A stretch of DNA of 63,788 bases, counting the filler, from Malacoraja senta (taxonomy: Eukaryota), in the NCBI GenBank assembly GCA_038087875.1. It is 3 parts of 3 records of this genome, joined end to end, with 100 filler letters (N's around TTAATTAATTAA, not from the genome) between each part and the next. Parts side by side here need not be neighbours in the genome. Positions count along the whole stretch, not along the records: positions 1 to 30,807 come from JAXLNO010003642.1; 2 more parts are not named here. One strand, 5' to 3'. Below the pieces are notes generated by a model. The model had not been told where the DNA came from. It saw only the letters and a program-made list of their open reading frames with translations, and did not search any database. Position numbers and translations under genes: made by a program. Shown piece by piece: positions 13,590-26,369 of the stretch (the first letter of the stretch is position 1; the number at the start of each line of letters is the position of its first letter).

Positions 13590-14380
13590 AAGAATAATTT
13601 TTACCATTGGAGCAGAAGTAGGCCTTTCAGTCCATTGAGTCTACTCCACCATTCAGTCATGGCAGATCTATTTTTACCTCTGAATCCCATTCTCCAGCCT
13701 TCTCCCTGTAACTTTTGGCACCCGTACTAATCAAGAACCTATCATTCTCTGCTTTAAAATATGCAATGACTTGACCCACACAGCTGTCTGTATCAATGAA
13801 TTCCACAGATTCACCACCCTGTGACTAAAGAAATTCCTCCTCATCTCCATTTTGAAAGTACGTATTTTTATTGTGAGGCTGTGCTAGACTCTCCCATTAC
13901 TGAAAACATCCAATCCACATCGACTAACTGGGACTTTCATTAACTGGTAGGTTTCAGAGATTTTCCCCTCATCCTTCTAAATTCCCACGAGTAGAAGCCC
14001 AGAGACTTCAAACGTTCCTCATACGTTAAATCAATCATCCCCAAGACATACTTCCTCTGGACCCTCTCCAAAGCCAGCACATCCTTTCTAATATGGAGCC
14101 CAAAACTGCTCACAATATTCCAAATGTGTCTTCTCCAGTGCCCGATAAATCCTCAGCATTATATCATTGTTTTTATATTCTAGTCCCCCCGAAATGAATG
14201 CTGGCATTGCATTTGCCTTACTTACCACTGACTCAATCTGCAAATTAACTATTTGGGAATCCTGCACTACTACTCCCACTTTGTAGCTCAGATTTCTGAA
14301 TTCTCTCCCCATTTAGTAAATAGTCTATGTCTTTATTCCGACTGCCAAAATGTAAAACCAGACACTTGCTACACTGTATT
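13590..14380 (-). mobile_element. CR1 LINE 3' fragment
   Basis: ORF 14088-14312 AFISGGLEYK...YRALEKTHLEYCEQFWAPY, followed by a CR1 tail. Confidence 0.85.
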
Positions 14381-15155
14381 CCATTTGGCTCTGCTTTGCC
14401 CACTCGGTGGAACTGCTGTCTTACAGCGCCAGAGACCCGGTTCAATTCTGACTACGGGTCCCGTCTGTACAGAGTTTTGTACCTTCTCTCCGGGACTTGC
14501 GTGGGTTTTGCCTGGATCTCCGGTTTCCTCCCTCAGTCCAAAGACATACAGGTTTGTAGGTTAATTGGCTTGGTATAATTGTAAATTGTCCCCTAATAAG
14601 TAAGATAATGTAAGTGTGCAGGGATCGCTGGTTGACGCAGACTCGGTGGGCTGAAGGGTCGGTTTCTGCGCTGTATCTCTTAAACTAAAACCACATTCCA
14701 TTGACTATCAATAATTCTGGGCAATTAGATAACCACAAATTATTAATGGGTGGCACAGTGGCGTAGCGGTAGAGCTACTGCCTTACTGCACCAGAGACCT
14801 GGGTTTGATCCTGACTACAGGTGCTGTCTGCAAGGACATTGTATGTTCTCCCTGTGACTGCGTGGGTTTTCTCCGGGTGCTTCGGTTTCCTCCCACACTC
14901 CAAAGGCATACAGGTTTGTAGGTTACTTGGCTTAGGTAAATTTGTAAATTGTCCCCAGTGTGTTGGTTAGTGTAAATGTACAAGATGATCACTGTTCAGC
15001 GAGGACTCAGTGAGCTGAGGGGCCTGTATCTGCACCATATCTCTAAAGTCTAAAGTCTAAATGCACAGCTTAGTTAAGAGTGTGAGTTGAGGCTGTTATC
15101 TCAGTCCAGGAGGTTTATGGTCTCAAGTGATCAGACTCATTGACTTGCCACTTAC

Positions 15156-15427
15156 CCTGTGGAACATTGACTCCCTGCAGCAGAGTTGCATGTTCGATGT
15201 AACAGGAGAATTTTGCCACATCTTCTCTACCCAGTTGAATTGTATTCTTCAGCTGGTAAGTCCCATCCCAATTGGGCAACAGATCACTGGATTCAGCTCG
15301 TGGACCCCCTCACCATCTCTCAGCCATGTTACATCGATGGCCCGTGGGTAGAAACCTGTGACAAGGCAGGAGAGTCTCAGTGATTGTGACCCATCACGTT
15401 TAATCCCAATAAACACCTCAGGGGTTT
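15156..15427 (-). pseudogene. Gene A Ig C1 exon, MHC class I alpha3-like, with a 1-bp frameshift
   Basis: Acceptor ttgcag|AAACC and donor CAGG|gtaagt; 272 nt where 273 is needed. Restoring one base near CTGAATCC gives TPEVFIGIKRDGSQSLRLSCLVTGFYPRAIDVTWLRDGEGVHELxSSDLLPNWDGTYQLKNTIQLGREDVAKFSCYIEHATL, with both Ig cysteines and the GFYP and LPNxDGTYQL motifs. Confidence 0.85.
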
Positions 15428-15502
15428 CTGCAAGTGTAAGCAGCTTCAGAATCAGTGAAGACATGAACAAAAGCCTTCAATTGTAAGATCAATGCAACTC
15501 AC

Positions 15503-16031
15503 CTCTTTTCCAATCAGTTTTTTCTCCAGCTGAACTAAGTTTTCAGCCTAGACTCAAATGCTGGAATAAATCAGCAGGTCAGGCAGCATCTCTGGAGAGA
15601 AGGAATGCCCAGAGATGCTATCTGACCCACTGAGTTACTCCAACATCTTCTATCTTCAGTGTAAACCAGCATCTGCAGTTCTATCTTGCACAAAGTTTAC
15701 AGCCTTTTCTCTTTTCATTTTGCATTTCTGGCAAAACAACAAAACATTTAGTTTTAATACCACTGACATGCTCCTTATCTTAGCTCCAGACTTGAACTGA
15801 AAGCGCAGATGAAAGGGGAATGCAGGGCCCAATGGAGGAGTATAACTCACCATTGGGATTGATACTGTAGACATGATTGCTTCTACTTGTTCATGAATCT
15901 GAGCTGAATAATAACACTAAATATTCCAAGAGGGAATGGGAGGAAGAAGTTCTTAAAATAGAGAACTGTTGGAAATTGAATGTCACCATCCCAAGGAGTA
16001 ATAGAGGCAAATAGAGAATCTGATTGGGTTT
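15503..16031 (-). pseudogene. Candidate degenerate alpha1/alpha2-like exons of gene A (16031-15851 and 15796-15503)
   Basis: Donors AATG|gtgagt (15850) and AGAG|gtgagt (15502), a pyrimidine-rich acceptor at 15797, and short introns of 54 and 75 nt. Weak similarity to class I (ETQSDSLFASITP..G..QF; KTK; RLKT...GEK...KR). Both exons are too short, contain stops or frameshifts, and one is interrupted by a Penelope-derived repeat. Confidence 0.4.
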
Positions 16032-16320
16032 CTGATCAGCACAGCAACAGACCCTTCAGGCACAAGGTCAATGCTAAACATAAGACCAAGATACATATTC
16101 CTCCATTTCCTGAATATATGACTGTGTATAGAGGACACTGGTACAATATTTATTTTCACTTGCACTTCCTACCCACTGGCTCCATCCAAGAGGCACGTTG
16201 CCAGACAATTTACTGATACCCACGTTGTAGAACAGGGTGGCGAAGTGGTCGAGCTACTGCCTTACAGCGCCAGAGACCTGGGCTTGTTACTAACTACGGG
16301 TGCTTGTTTTTACACATTGT

Positions 16321-18305
16321 CACCACAGTCATTGTGGGCCAAATGGTCTCTTCCTGAGATGAACATTTTTATGTTTTATATAAAATAAGATTAGTAATCA
16401 GCTGTAAGCCCCCTTGAACAGACTGCATCATTCAATAACATTATGTCCAATCTGATTTCGATCAGTTTACTGCATTATTCCTGCAATCTTTGATTCATTT
16501 CTGATCTAAAATTCTCTACATCTCAACGTGGAAAATATTCATGCACCTTGTCTCTGCAGCTGGAATAGAAAGTTCAGGCAAATCATACACCTCCTCGAAA
16601 ATAAATCTTCTTCGTAACTATTTTAAAGAGGGACCCAACATGGAGGGGCTGCCGAGAACAAAGAGGGACCATTGGGGACTGTAATGATTACTTTGTAACT
16701 GTGTCGACACCCTATACATGGTGACTCTTTCTATACCTTGTGTATGTTATGCAAAGCAAAGAATCTCACTGTGACATGTCACATGTGATAATAAGTATCA
16801 ATCAGTCAAATAGGCGACCTCTTATTCCAAAATGTGGCGCAATGTATGACTTTGGAATCACAGGGTAACTGGTGAAGGCAGCAGTTGAAAAATTAATGGC
16901 TGAATGTAAAGCCATCAGTCAGCATTGATACAATAAAGAGCATAGAACATAGAACAGTACAGCACAATAACAGGCCCTTTGACCCACAATGTTTGTGCCG
17001 AACATGATGCCAAGACCAATTATTATCTGCTTGCACATAATCCATATCCATCCATTCCCTGCATATACATGTGCCTATCTAAAAGTCTCTTAAATGCCAC
17101 TATCATATCTGCTTCCACCACCACCCCGGCAGCACATTCCAGTCACTCACCACCCTTGGCGTAAAACACTTGTCCTGCACATCATTTTTAAACGTTGCCA
17201 CTCATTGTAAAGCTATACCTGCTCTTATTTGATATGGGTAAAAAGTCAGATGGTCTACCCTATCTCTACTCCTCCCAGTTTGATATATTACTGTCAGGTC
17301 TCCCCTCAATCCCCGACATTCCAGAGACAATCCAACTGTCCAGTCTGTCCAACTCCCCCCTGTGGCTAATACCCCACTAATCCAGGCATCATTCTGGTAG
17401 ACCTCTGCATCCCAACGGAAGCTGGTTGTGCTTCATGGTCACTGCAGTCCTCTCCTGGTCTCTGCTGTTGTCAGCTGGTCCCTGTTCATTGAAAACAATT
17501 CTCCTTTTCCTCTTCTTCCAGCAACCAATTCCAAGGATGATCCCCAGGAGAATGAGAGGAACGATTACAGCTCCAGTCACGATCCTAATCCTTATATCGT
17601 CTTTCGCTGCCCTCTCTGTTGGCATATATAGTGCATTTTAAACATTTATTGATCAATAACGACTTTGTAATGATTTTATTATCTACATTAAACTAGCATT
17701 GTTCACATCTAAATAAAAAGTAACAAATTCTTACATTTATGTAATTGTCCAGACGATGGATGTTTAAATAGATCAATGAAAAATCATTGAAGTTCATATT
17801 AGCGTTGAGATTTTATCTGCAGCATTTAATTATGAATTTAAAGAATCAAGCATATGTCAGAGATAGATGACTATTTGCAGTGTAGAGGTCAACAAGGCTA
17901 TTTTCTTTTGTTGACCATTGTTATTTTAGCAAATAAAAGTGAACCCATTTATAGTTGATAAAACTTCAAAGGTTTTAAACTTTGCTGATATTTCAATATC
18001 TGAGAGTTTGATATTCTCACACACGCACACACTCTCTCTTTCTCTCCCTCCCCCTCCCCTCTCTCTGTCTCACACACATAGGCACACTCAGACATTAACA
18101 CTACTGTCTATTTGTACTGACAAGCAATTTTAACCATGTCAGCTTGGCCCTGGTGTGAAGATATTTGCAGAGGTCTTGACTGGAACAAATAAGTCAGCTA
18201 TAGAACAGGTGCTGCTACTTCAGACTGATAATGGGGTCGGTTATGGCACTACAATTGGTCTTCTGTGTAACTAGCTACTATCAGAAAATTAGCTAGATGC
18301 CCAAG
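16321..18305. repeat. Tandem segmental duplication, copy 2
   Basis: Paralog of 10449-13513; homology ends exactly at the LTR beginning at 18306. Confidence 0.95.
17389..17615 (-). CDS. Orphan duplicate of the gene A TM/cytoplasmic exon
   Basis: Same acceptor and length, open frame ERAAKDDIRIRIVTGAVIVPLILLGIILGIGCWKKRKRR...GLPE*. No matching C1 exon is visible upstream. Confidence 0.6.
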
Positions 18306-21300
18306 TGTAAAGAGTCTATAACGAGGCATCGTTACTTTACTATCTTTATTCTTACTGGAGCATTACATATTGCACTAGCTGTACGTGGTCTGTCACAGGA
18401 ACTAGAGAGCGATCTGTGGGTGGGGAGGTTGTAGTTATACTTGTGATATGGGGAGTGGTTAGTAGGTATGAGGTCACTATGTTAAAGGCACATGCATATA
18501 TCATCTACATCCTTCCCCTTCGAAACGACAGGCAAATACAATAGTGACAGGGCGACCACGGCTCATGCGCTAGGACAGTTAAACAAAATCGCCATAGCGG
18601 ACCGGCGGTTTGACAAGACGTCCCGACCGGGTTCGCATCTCGCCATCCTCCCTTCCGGCAGGAAGAAGAGGCACCGATGGGGACAGACGAACCTGAAAGG
18701 GGGAAACGGGAGGAGACGGAGGAGACCGCGGCACCAAAAGCGAAGGTGATGCGGGATCAGGAGCGGGTAGAGCGCGGGCAGGCGAGCGAGGACTAGTCGG
18801 AGCAGGGTGGGACGGAAGGAGTTGAGGAGGTGGAGAACGTTGCATGGTAGGAAGGACGGGCAGATGAACGCCCGGACGCGAAATCGGCAGTGGGGGAGCA
18901 AAGGGATCCGCGGCAGGAGGACGCGGCTCGTTGACGAGCCGAAGGTGCTGGCGGGACCGTCGGTAAATGGCTCCCGCATGGTCGACGAGATACGACCTGG
19001 GCGACCCCGCAGAGCCGACGACAGTAGCGAGCTTGGAGTGACCGGAAGGGGTCTGGATACGGACAACTTGACCGGGGAAGAGGCGCGGCAGCGGGTGGCA
19101 GGACGTGTCATGGGAACGCTTTTGGACATCGTGCCTGAAGGCAATGCGTTTCTGAACCGCCGCAGGCGGGAGGACGGAGGGTATGAGGGAGCGCTGGGCC
19201 ACCGGGAGCGGGAGCCTGGTAGCGCGAGACATGAGCCGCTGAGCAGGGGAACCCATGGCAGAGTCGCGGGAAATGTTGCGGAGGTTGAGGAGGGCCAGAT
19301 GGAAGTCGGAGTTAATGCCACCACATTGTTCCAGCAGGTGCTTCGCGCTGCGGACGGCACGCTCGGCCAGACCGTTGCTTTGCGGGTACTCCGGGCTGCT
19401 GGTGAAGTGGCGGAAGTTCCATCTGGAAGCGAAAGCTTTAAACTCGGAGCTCGTGAACTGGCTGCCATTGTCCGACTGCAGGCTTGCCGGGGGGCCAAAA
19501 GTGCCAAAATGAGGGTATAACCTGTCGATGATGGCCGAAGAGGTTAGGGAGTGCAGCCGGTCGACCACAAACCAGCTGGAGTAGGAGTCAACGAGAACCA
19601 GGAAGTGTTTGCCTCGCCACTCGAAAATGTCGGCGGCAAGCGCCATCCAGGGCAGTTCGGGCACGGGCTGCTGCAGAAGCGGCTGACGCTGCTGGTGGGG
19701 GACGAGGCTGTTGCAGGTGGAACACAAGGAGACCCTCTCCCGGATGTATTTGGCCATACCCGGCCAATAGAACTGGCTCCGGGCGAGAGACACGGTGGCT
19801 TCGGCCCCAGGATGACCGCGGTGAGCGACCTGAAAATAGTGGTCGTGCTGCGCGACCACCTTGTGACCCTTCACCACCACGCCGTCGTGTAGTACGAGCT
19901 CATCATGGACCAGGAAGTAGGGCACGGCGCCAGCCGGCAGCGCGGAACGACGGTCGGGCCAGCCCCGCTGGATGACGGCAGACAGCTGGCATGGTCATTG
20001 GTAGTGTGTTCAACCAGGGACTTCATCTGCTGTGAAGGGACGATGTTCATTTGGAGTACCATTAGATCAGACATCTCATATGGGTGGCGAACGGTGGACA
20101 TTAGCGGGGCGCGAGACAACGTGTCGGCCACGAACATGTCCTTGCCCTTACGATAAACCACATTGAACGTGAAGCGTTGGAGCTGCAGCATCATGCGCTG
20201 CAGGCGTGACGAGGCGGCATGGATCGACTTGTTGAGAATGGTGACAAGTGGCTGGTGGTCAGTTTCAATGGTGAAAGTGTTGCCCAGGATGTAGTCTCCG
20301 AATTTAGAGCAGGCAAACACCACGGCCAGTAGCTCCTTCTCAATCTGCGCGTAGTGCTGTTCGGTGGTGGTCATGGTGCGGGATGCGAAGGAGACAGGCA
20401 GCTGTAGGCCGTCATGGACCTGGAGACAGGCGGCACCGAGTCCGAACTGAGAGGCGTCGCAGGTGAGGACAATGGGACGCTGCAGGTCAAAAAACTTGAG
20501 TATGGGGGTGCTGATTAGCTTGGATTTAAGAATGTCGAATGCTTTCTGGTGGTGGGGGAACCAAGCCCAGGAAGTGTCCTTTTTTTTATCAAATCCCTCA
20601 GGGGAGCGCTGAGCTCGCTGAGGTCGGGGATGAACTTCCCCAGGTAGTTTACCATGCCCAGGAAGCGTTGTAGGCCTGCCACATTAGTAGGAGAAGGCAT
20701 CCCGGAAATGGCAGCCGTTTTTTGCGGGTCTGGTTTTAACCCCTCGGCGGTGAATACATGTCCAACACAGGTGACCTCCGGGAAGCGAAATCGGCACTTC
20801 TTGAGGTTCAGTTTCAAGTTGATTTCCAGGGCCCGGTCCAGGACCTGGCGGAGGTTGACATCGTGTTCGGCAACGTCCTTACCGTACACGACGATGTCAT
20901 CAATGATGATGGCGCATGGTCGATCTGAAAACAGCTGCTCCATTGTCTGTTGAAATACCTCGCTGGCAGAGTTGATTCCGAATGGCATTCGGAGAAACCG
21001 AAACCTTCCGAAGGGGGTGGCGAAAGTTGTCAAAATGGACGACTGCTCGTCCAGTGGTATTTGCCAGAAGGAGCTTTTGGCATCGAGGACAGAAAAAACC
21101 GTTGCCGGACCAACCTGTGCAGCGACTTCTTCTACCGTTCTCATAGGGTAGTGCGGGCATCTAATGGCCAGGTTGAGGTCTTTGGGGTTGATGCAGATGC
21201 GTATCTCGCTCTTGTCCTTTTTCGCGGCAACAACCATGGAAGAGACCCACATGATGGGCTCGATGACCGCCTTTAGGATGCCCATTTTTACCATACTGTG

Positions 21301-23037
21301 TAGTGTCGACTGCACTTTGGCCTTCATGGCGGAGGAGACACGGTAAGGTGCATTGACCACTGGATCGACCTTACGGTCCACTACAATCTTGTAGCTGCAG
21401 GGCAGTTTGCCTAGCTCATCATCAAAGCGGTCGGGATATTCGGCCAACGGGTCCATGAGGGCCTGCACCTGGTGGATGTCACGGTGGAAGGATACCAGGC
21501 CCATTTCCTGGCATGCCCGGATACCCAGCAGGGGAATGCATTTTTGATCGAGGAGATAGAAGGTGAGGGGCCGAGAGGTCTGTAGTATCTTACAGCTTAG
21601 CGTGGCCTTGCCCACAGGAGTAAGAATCTCTCCCCCGTAGGCATGCAAGGTTGAGTTCTGAGAAAAAATCTGCTCATTAGTCCTTATCTGTTTGAAGATT
21701 GATGTTGACATAACGTTCGCAACTGCCCCCGTGTCAATCTTAGCAGTGAAGGTCGAGTTGTTCACAGTGACTCGCACAGAAGGGTCCGTTACCATAGCAG
21801 GTGCGCCCAACACAGTATACAAGCTGTTCTCCCCCTGAGAGGAGTCGGATTCAGATACAGACTGTTCGTCGAAATAGCACTGGGAGCTGAGCTCACTATC
21901 AGTTTGTAAAAGGTTGTTTAAATTGCCCCTCGGAGCAGCGACAGGCTTCCCACGGGAGCGACAGGCCGCAGCGAAATGGTTCAATTTCTTGCAGACATTG
22001 CACGTTTTACCCAAGGCAGGGCACACATTGTATTGATGAGTGGTGAAGTTGCAATTAGGGCACCTTTGCCGGGCACCTCCCCCGGGAGCAGTACCGAACC
22101 CCGGGGCACGTCCCCCTTGAGCAGCGAGCGACCTCGGGGGTCGCGACCGGGGCGTGTTCATCAGACGACTGGAAGTGCTGGCAAAGTTAATCGCCTGTTC
22201 AGCCGGTGACACCGCCGAGGTGACAGCTTCAGCCAAGCGGGTGGCGTGCATCGCATCGTTGAAAGTCAGATCGGGCTTGCACAGAAGTTCGGCCCTGAGC
22301 TTATCATCGCGGAGACCGTAAACCAGAAGGTCCCTGATAATCTCATCGGGGGTCCACGTGTGGAGGCGGCAGCGCCTGGCCAGGTGTCGCAGCGCAGAGA
22401 CATAGTTCTCAGCAGATTCCCCAGGGAGCTGACGCCGCGCGAACAGTTTAAAACGTTCTAAGATGCAGTTTGTTGGAATATCACAAATAGCATTAAACTT
22501 TGCCACCAGACATACCGGGTCCCGAGCTGATTCTCCATCAGCGTAGACGAAGAAGTCAGAGCGAGTCAGGGCCTCGGGACCAGCCAAGTTGAGAAGCAGA
22601 GAGGCTTTGAGCTCTGCGGTGGCGGCAGGATGAGCGATCGTGACATAGTGTTCAAAGTCAGGTTTGAAGACATCCCATCGAAGGGCAATGTATAAATCGG
22701 AAACGAGCACATCAGGCTTACGGGCAGAAGTGGCCATATCAAATAAATGGGAGGGCGGGGGAAACAAAAAACTGGGACAAAATTAAATGATAAACCGATA
22801 GACAGGAGGCGCAAGGTAAGTGGTTTGACACCATGTAAAGAATCTATAACGAGGCATCGTTACTTTACTATCTTTATTCATACTGGAGCATTACATATTG
22901 CACTAGCTGTACGTGGTCTGTCACAGGAACTAGAGAGCGATCTGCGGGTGGGGAGGTTGTAGTTATACTTGTGATATGGGGAGTGGTTAGTAGGTATGAG
23001 GTCACTATGTTAAAGGCACATGCATATATCATCTACA
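18306..23037 (-). mobile_element. Ty3/Gypsy LTR retrotransposon 1 (frameshifted gag-PR-RT-RH-IN)
   Basis: 204-bp LTRs at 18306-18509 and 22834-23037 with TG...CA ends and 3 mismatches. PBS TGGTGTCAAACC and PPT GAAGGGGAAGGA on minus. ORFs: 20515-22767 (zinc knuckles, KIDTGA, IIIDDI), 19871-20374 (RH), 18579-19925 (IN; SDNGSQF, SNGLAER). Confidence 0.97.
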
Positions 23038-24279
23038 GAGAGGAGAGGACAGGAGAGGAGAAGACAGGAGCCTAAACCTGTAAGGAACAATGCTCTTTTC
23101 TTCATTTCTGAAGTGATATGGTTTGAATTGTCGTGTGGTGTGGCGGCGCCTATCGGCAGCGGCTCGACTACAGTCCGACTGTCTTTTTTTTATTTTTGTC
23201 TTGTTAAATGTATGTCTTGAGTCTAGTTTTTTTTTTTTTTTTTTAGCTGTGTATATGTGGGGTGTGGGGGGTGGGTAAAACCGTTAATCTATTTCCCGTT
23301 CGGGGACCTGACCTTTTCCCTGTCGGGTCTCCGATGTCGTTGGGCCTAACATCGTGGAGCCTGCGGCGGCCTCCAACCGGGACCAACCTGGGGGCTCCAG
23401 TCGCGGAGCCTGCGGACCTGACATTGCGGAGCTGGCCGGCTTCGGAACGGGAAGAGCTGTGATGGCTGGCGGCTGCAACCCGACTCCGGAGTTACGGAGG
23501 CTCCGGCCGCAGCCCCGGTTGACAGGAACATCGGGAGCTCCAGGTCCCTGGTGGGAGACGGCTTTTCGGAGCTCCTGCAATGGCAACTTCTCCCGCTGGA
23601 ATCACGGGATTTAAAGGACATGGAGCCGGGCCTAACATCGCCCCACATGGCTTAAATGGCCACAGGACTTACCATCGCCCACCGGGGGCTTTAACATCGG
23701 GAGCCCCAGTTTGCGTCGACGCTGCAGTTGGACAGCTGGACCACAGGAGAAGAACAAAGCGAAGAGATAAGACTTTGCCTTCCATCAGAGGAGGTGCTGG
23801 AGATTCACTGTGATGGATGTTTATGTAAACTGTGTTAAGTTTGGGTCTTGGTTTTTTTGTAATGTACGACTGTAGAAAACGCAATTTCGTTCAAACCAAG
23901 CTGTTTGAATGACAATAAAAGGCATTCTATTCTATTCTATTCTATTAAAAAAAGCGAACCAAGCCTCCAGGACTTTGGTCCATTCCTCAAAAGTATACCC
24001 GGATTCTAACTGGGGCACATTCCCAACTATTAGCCATGGTTACACTGTTGCTACGCAGGTACAAACTGTTCCATCGTCTTACACAATGTTCTCTGCAATG
24101 GACTTAATTCCTTTACAATATCACTGAGCAGTTATCCAGTAAATTCACGATGAATAATTATCTTATACTAATCGATTTATACTAATATACCAATATGATA
24201 ATGTACTAATATAATAATTCGGAGGAGGACAAACTAATAATAATATACCAATATAATAATATACTATTGTCTTTGGTGC

Positions 24280-26369
24280 TGGATTTGAGGGGAGTGGAGA
24301 AGAGAGGAAGAGGGAAGAGATGGGTGGATGGGAGAGAGGAGAGGAGGGGAGAGAAGAGGGAAGGGGAGAGAAGAGCGGAGGGGAGGGGTGAGGGGAGATG
24401 CGAGGGGAGAGGGGAGGGAGAGGGAGCAGAGAGGTGGGGGTAGAGGAGAGGGGAAGGGAGGAGAGGGGAAGGGACGGGAGGAGAAGAGGGGAGGATTGGA
24501 GAGGAGAAGAGACAATTTCTCTCCTACACAATATATCAGTTATCTTTGCTGCTGGATTTGAGGGGTGGGGAGAGAGAGGGTGTGGGAGGGGTGAGAGGAG
24601 GGGATTAGAGAGGGGAGGAGAGGAGAGGAGAGCAGTGTACAGGAGAGGAGAGGAGAGGAGAGAGCAGGGGAGTGGAGAGGAGCGGAGTGGAGGGGAGGAG
24701 AGGAGATAAGAGGAGAGTGGAGTATAAGAGGAGGGATTGGAGAGGAGGTGTGGTGAGGAGAGTGGAGGGGAGGAGGGGAGAGGGGACGGGAAAGAGGAGA
24801 GGAATGTAAAGGAGTGAGAAAAGCGGGGGGTGGGGGCGAGAGGAGAGATGGAAGGGGAGGGAGGCAGAGGATGGGAGAGGAGATGGGAGGAGAAAGGGGG
24901 GAGAGGAGAGGAGAGGTGAGGAGAGGAGAGGGGAGAAGAGGAGAGGGTATTGTAGTGTTTGATGGGTAGTAACTCAATACAGATTTATGTTGTCCCATGT
25001 CAGTAAAGGGGCTGTCCCACTGCGGCGACCTAATTGGCAAGTTTAGAAGTGTTTAGGAGAGTTTGAAAAAGTGTCATGTTGAAGACCTCCTTCAACTATG
25101 TAGAAGACCTCCTTCGACCTCTTCGACTATGTTGAAGACCACCTTAGATTAGCTCCGGGAAAATTGGACACCGAATGTTGGAGAGTGAGGACGACCTCCT
25201 TCGACCTCCTTCGACTATGTTGAAGGCTATCTACGACTACCTTCGACTGCCTTCGATTACCTTCGACTACACTCGATTACCTACGGATAACATGCCGACC
25301 TACTACGACCTACTTCGACTAAAGCCACGAGTAAAAAAAATTGTTTTTCTTTGTTCTTTTTCTTTTTTTTTCTTTTTCTTTTTTTTTTTTTTCCATGGCG
25401 ACCTGTTTTTACTCGCGGGCATTTTTCAACAAGTTGAAAAATGCGCCGCGACCTAGCTGAGGCCTCGAGTACGCGGGGACTACTCTCGAGCATGAAGGAG
25501 AGTTACAAAGACCTCCTAGGACCTCATGTCGACCATGCTGCGAGTATGAGTTGAGGGCAAATTCTTCTAAACTCGCCAATTAGGTCGCCGCATTGGGTCA
25601 GCCCCTTAAGTTGGATTTTATTCCACCCAAGATTTCACCGGACTGATTCCCAGAAAATAAACAAATAGGGGCGGAGCTCTCTTGTGATGACTGTAAGGAC
25701 AGTCTTACACAGACACAACAGGTTGGAGGAAGAGGAGTGAAGAGGAGAGAAGTGGGGGGAGAGAAGATGGGAGGGAGGAGAGGAGAGGGAGGAGAGGAGA
25801 GAGGACGGGAGCAGAGGAGGGGACAGAAGGGTGGAGAGGAGAGATGTGGGGGAGAGAAGAGCGGAGGGAGAAATGAAGGGGAAGTGGAGTAAAGGAGAGG
25901 AGAGCAAAGGGGAGAAGACGGGAGGAGAAGACAGGAGGAGAAGACGGGAGGAGAGGAGAGGAGAGGAAAGGAGAGAGGAGGAGAGGAGAGGAGAGGGCAG
26001 AGGAGAGGAGGGGAGGGGAGAGGGGAGGAAACGGGAGGAGTGGAGCACAGGGAGGAGAGGAGAGTAGAGAGGACAGTAGAGGGCACAGTTGAGGTAAGTA
26101 TAGCAGGAGAGGAGCAGAGTGGAGGGGAGAGGTGAGATGACAGGAGAGGTGAGGGGAGGAGATGAGAGGGTAGGAGAGGAGATGATGGAGTAGATGAGGG
26201 GATTAGATAAGTAGATCAGGAGGGGAGATGGGCGAGGAGGAGAACAGAGTATGGGAGAGAAGGGTTGAGATGTTAGATGAGGGGGGAGAGAAGAGCAGAG
26301 GGTGGAAGAAAGGGGAAGGGGGGTAAAGGAGAGGAGAGACGAGGAGAGGGGAGGAGAGGGGAGGAGAGA
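24280..26369. repeat. Degenerate (GGAGA)n-type polypurine satellite, interrupted by a MITE
   Basis: Plus strand is almost entirely G/A over about 24280-24950 and 25730-26369. Confidence 0.9.
25007..25606. mobile_element. PIF/Harbinger-like MITE, 600 bp
   Basis: TAA duplication at 25004-06 and 25607-09; long TIRs AGGGGCTGTCCCACTGCGGCGACCTAATTGGC; internal GACCTCCTTCGAC repeats. Confidence 0.85.

Noticed and set aside
18563-19520. Long overlapping ORFs (314 aa on -, 237 aa on +)
   Set aside because: Alternative-frame or antisense by-products of the GC-rich integrase coding sequence.
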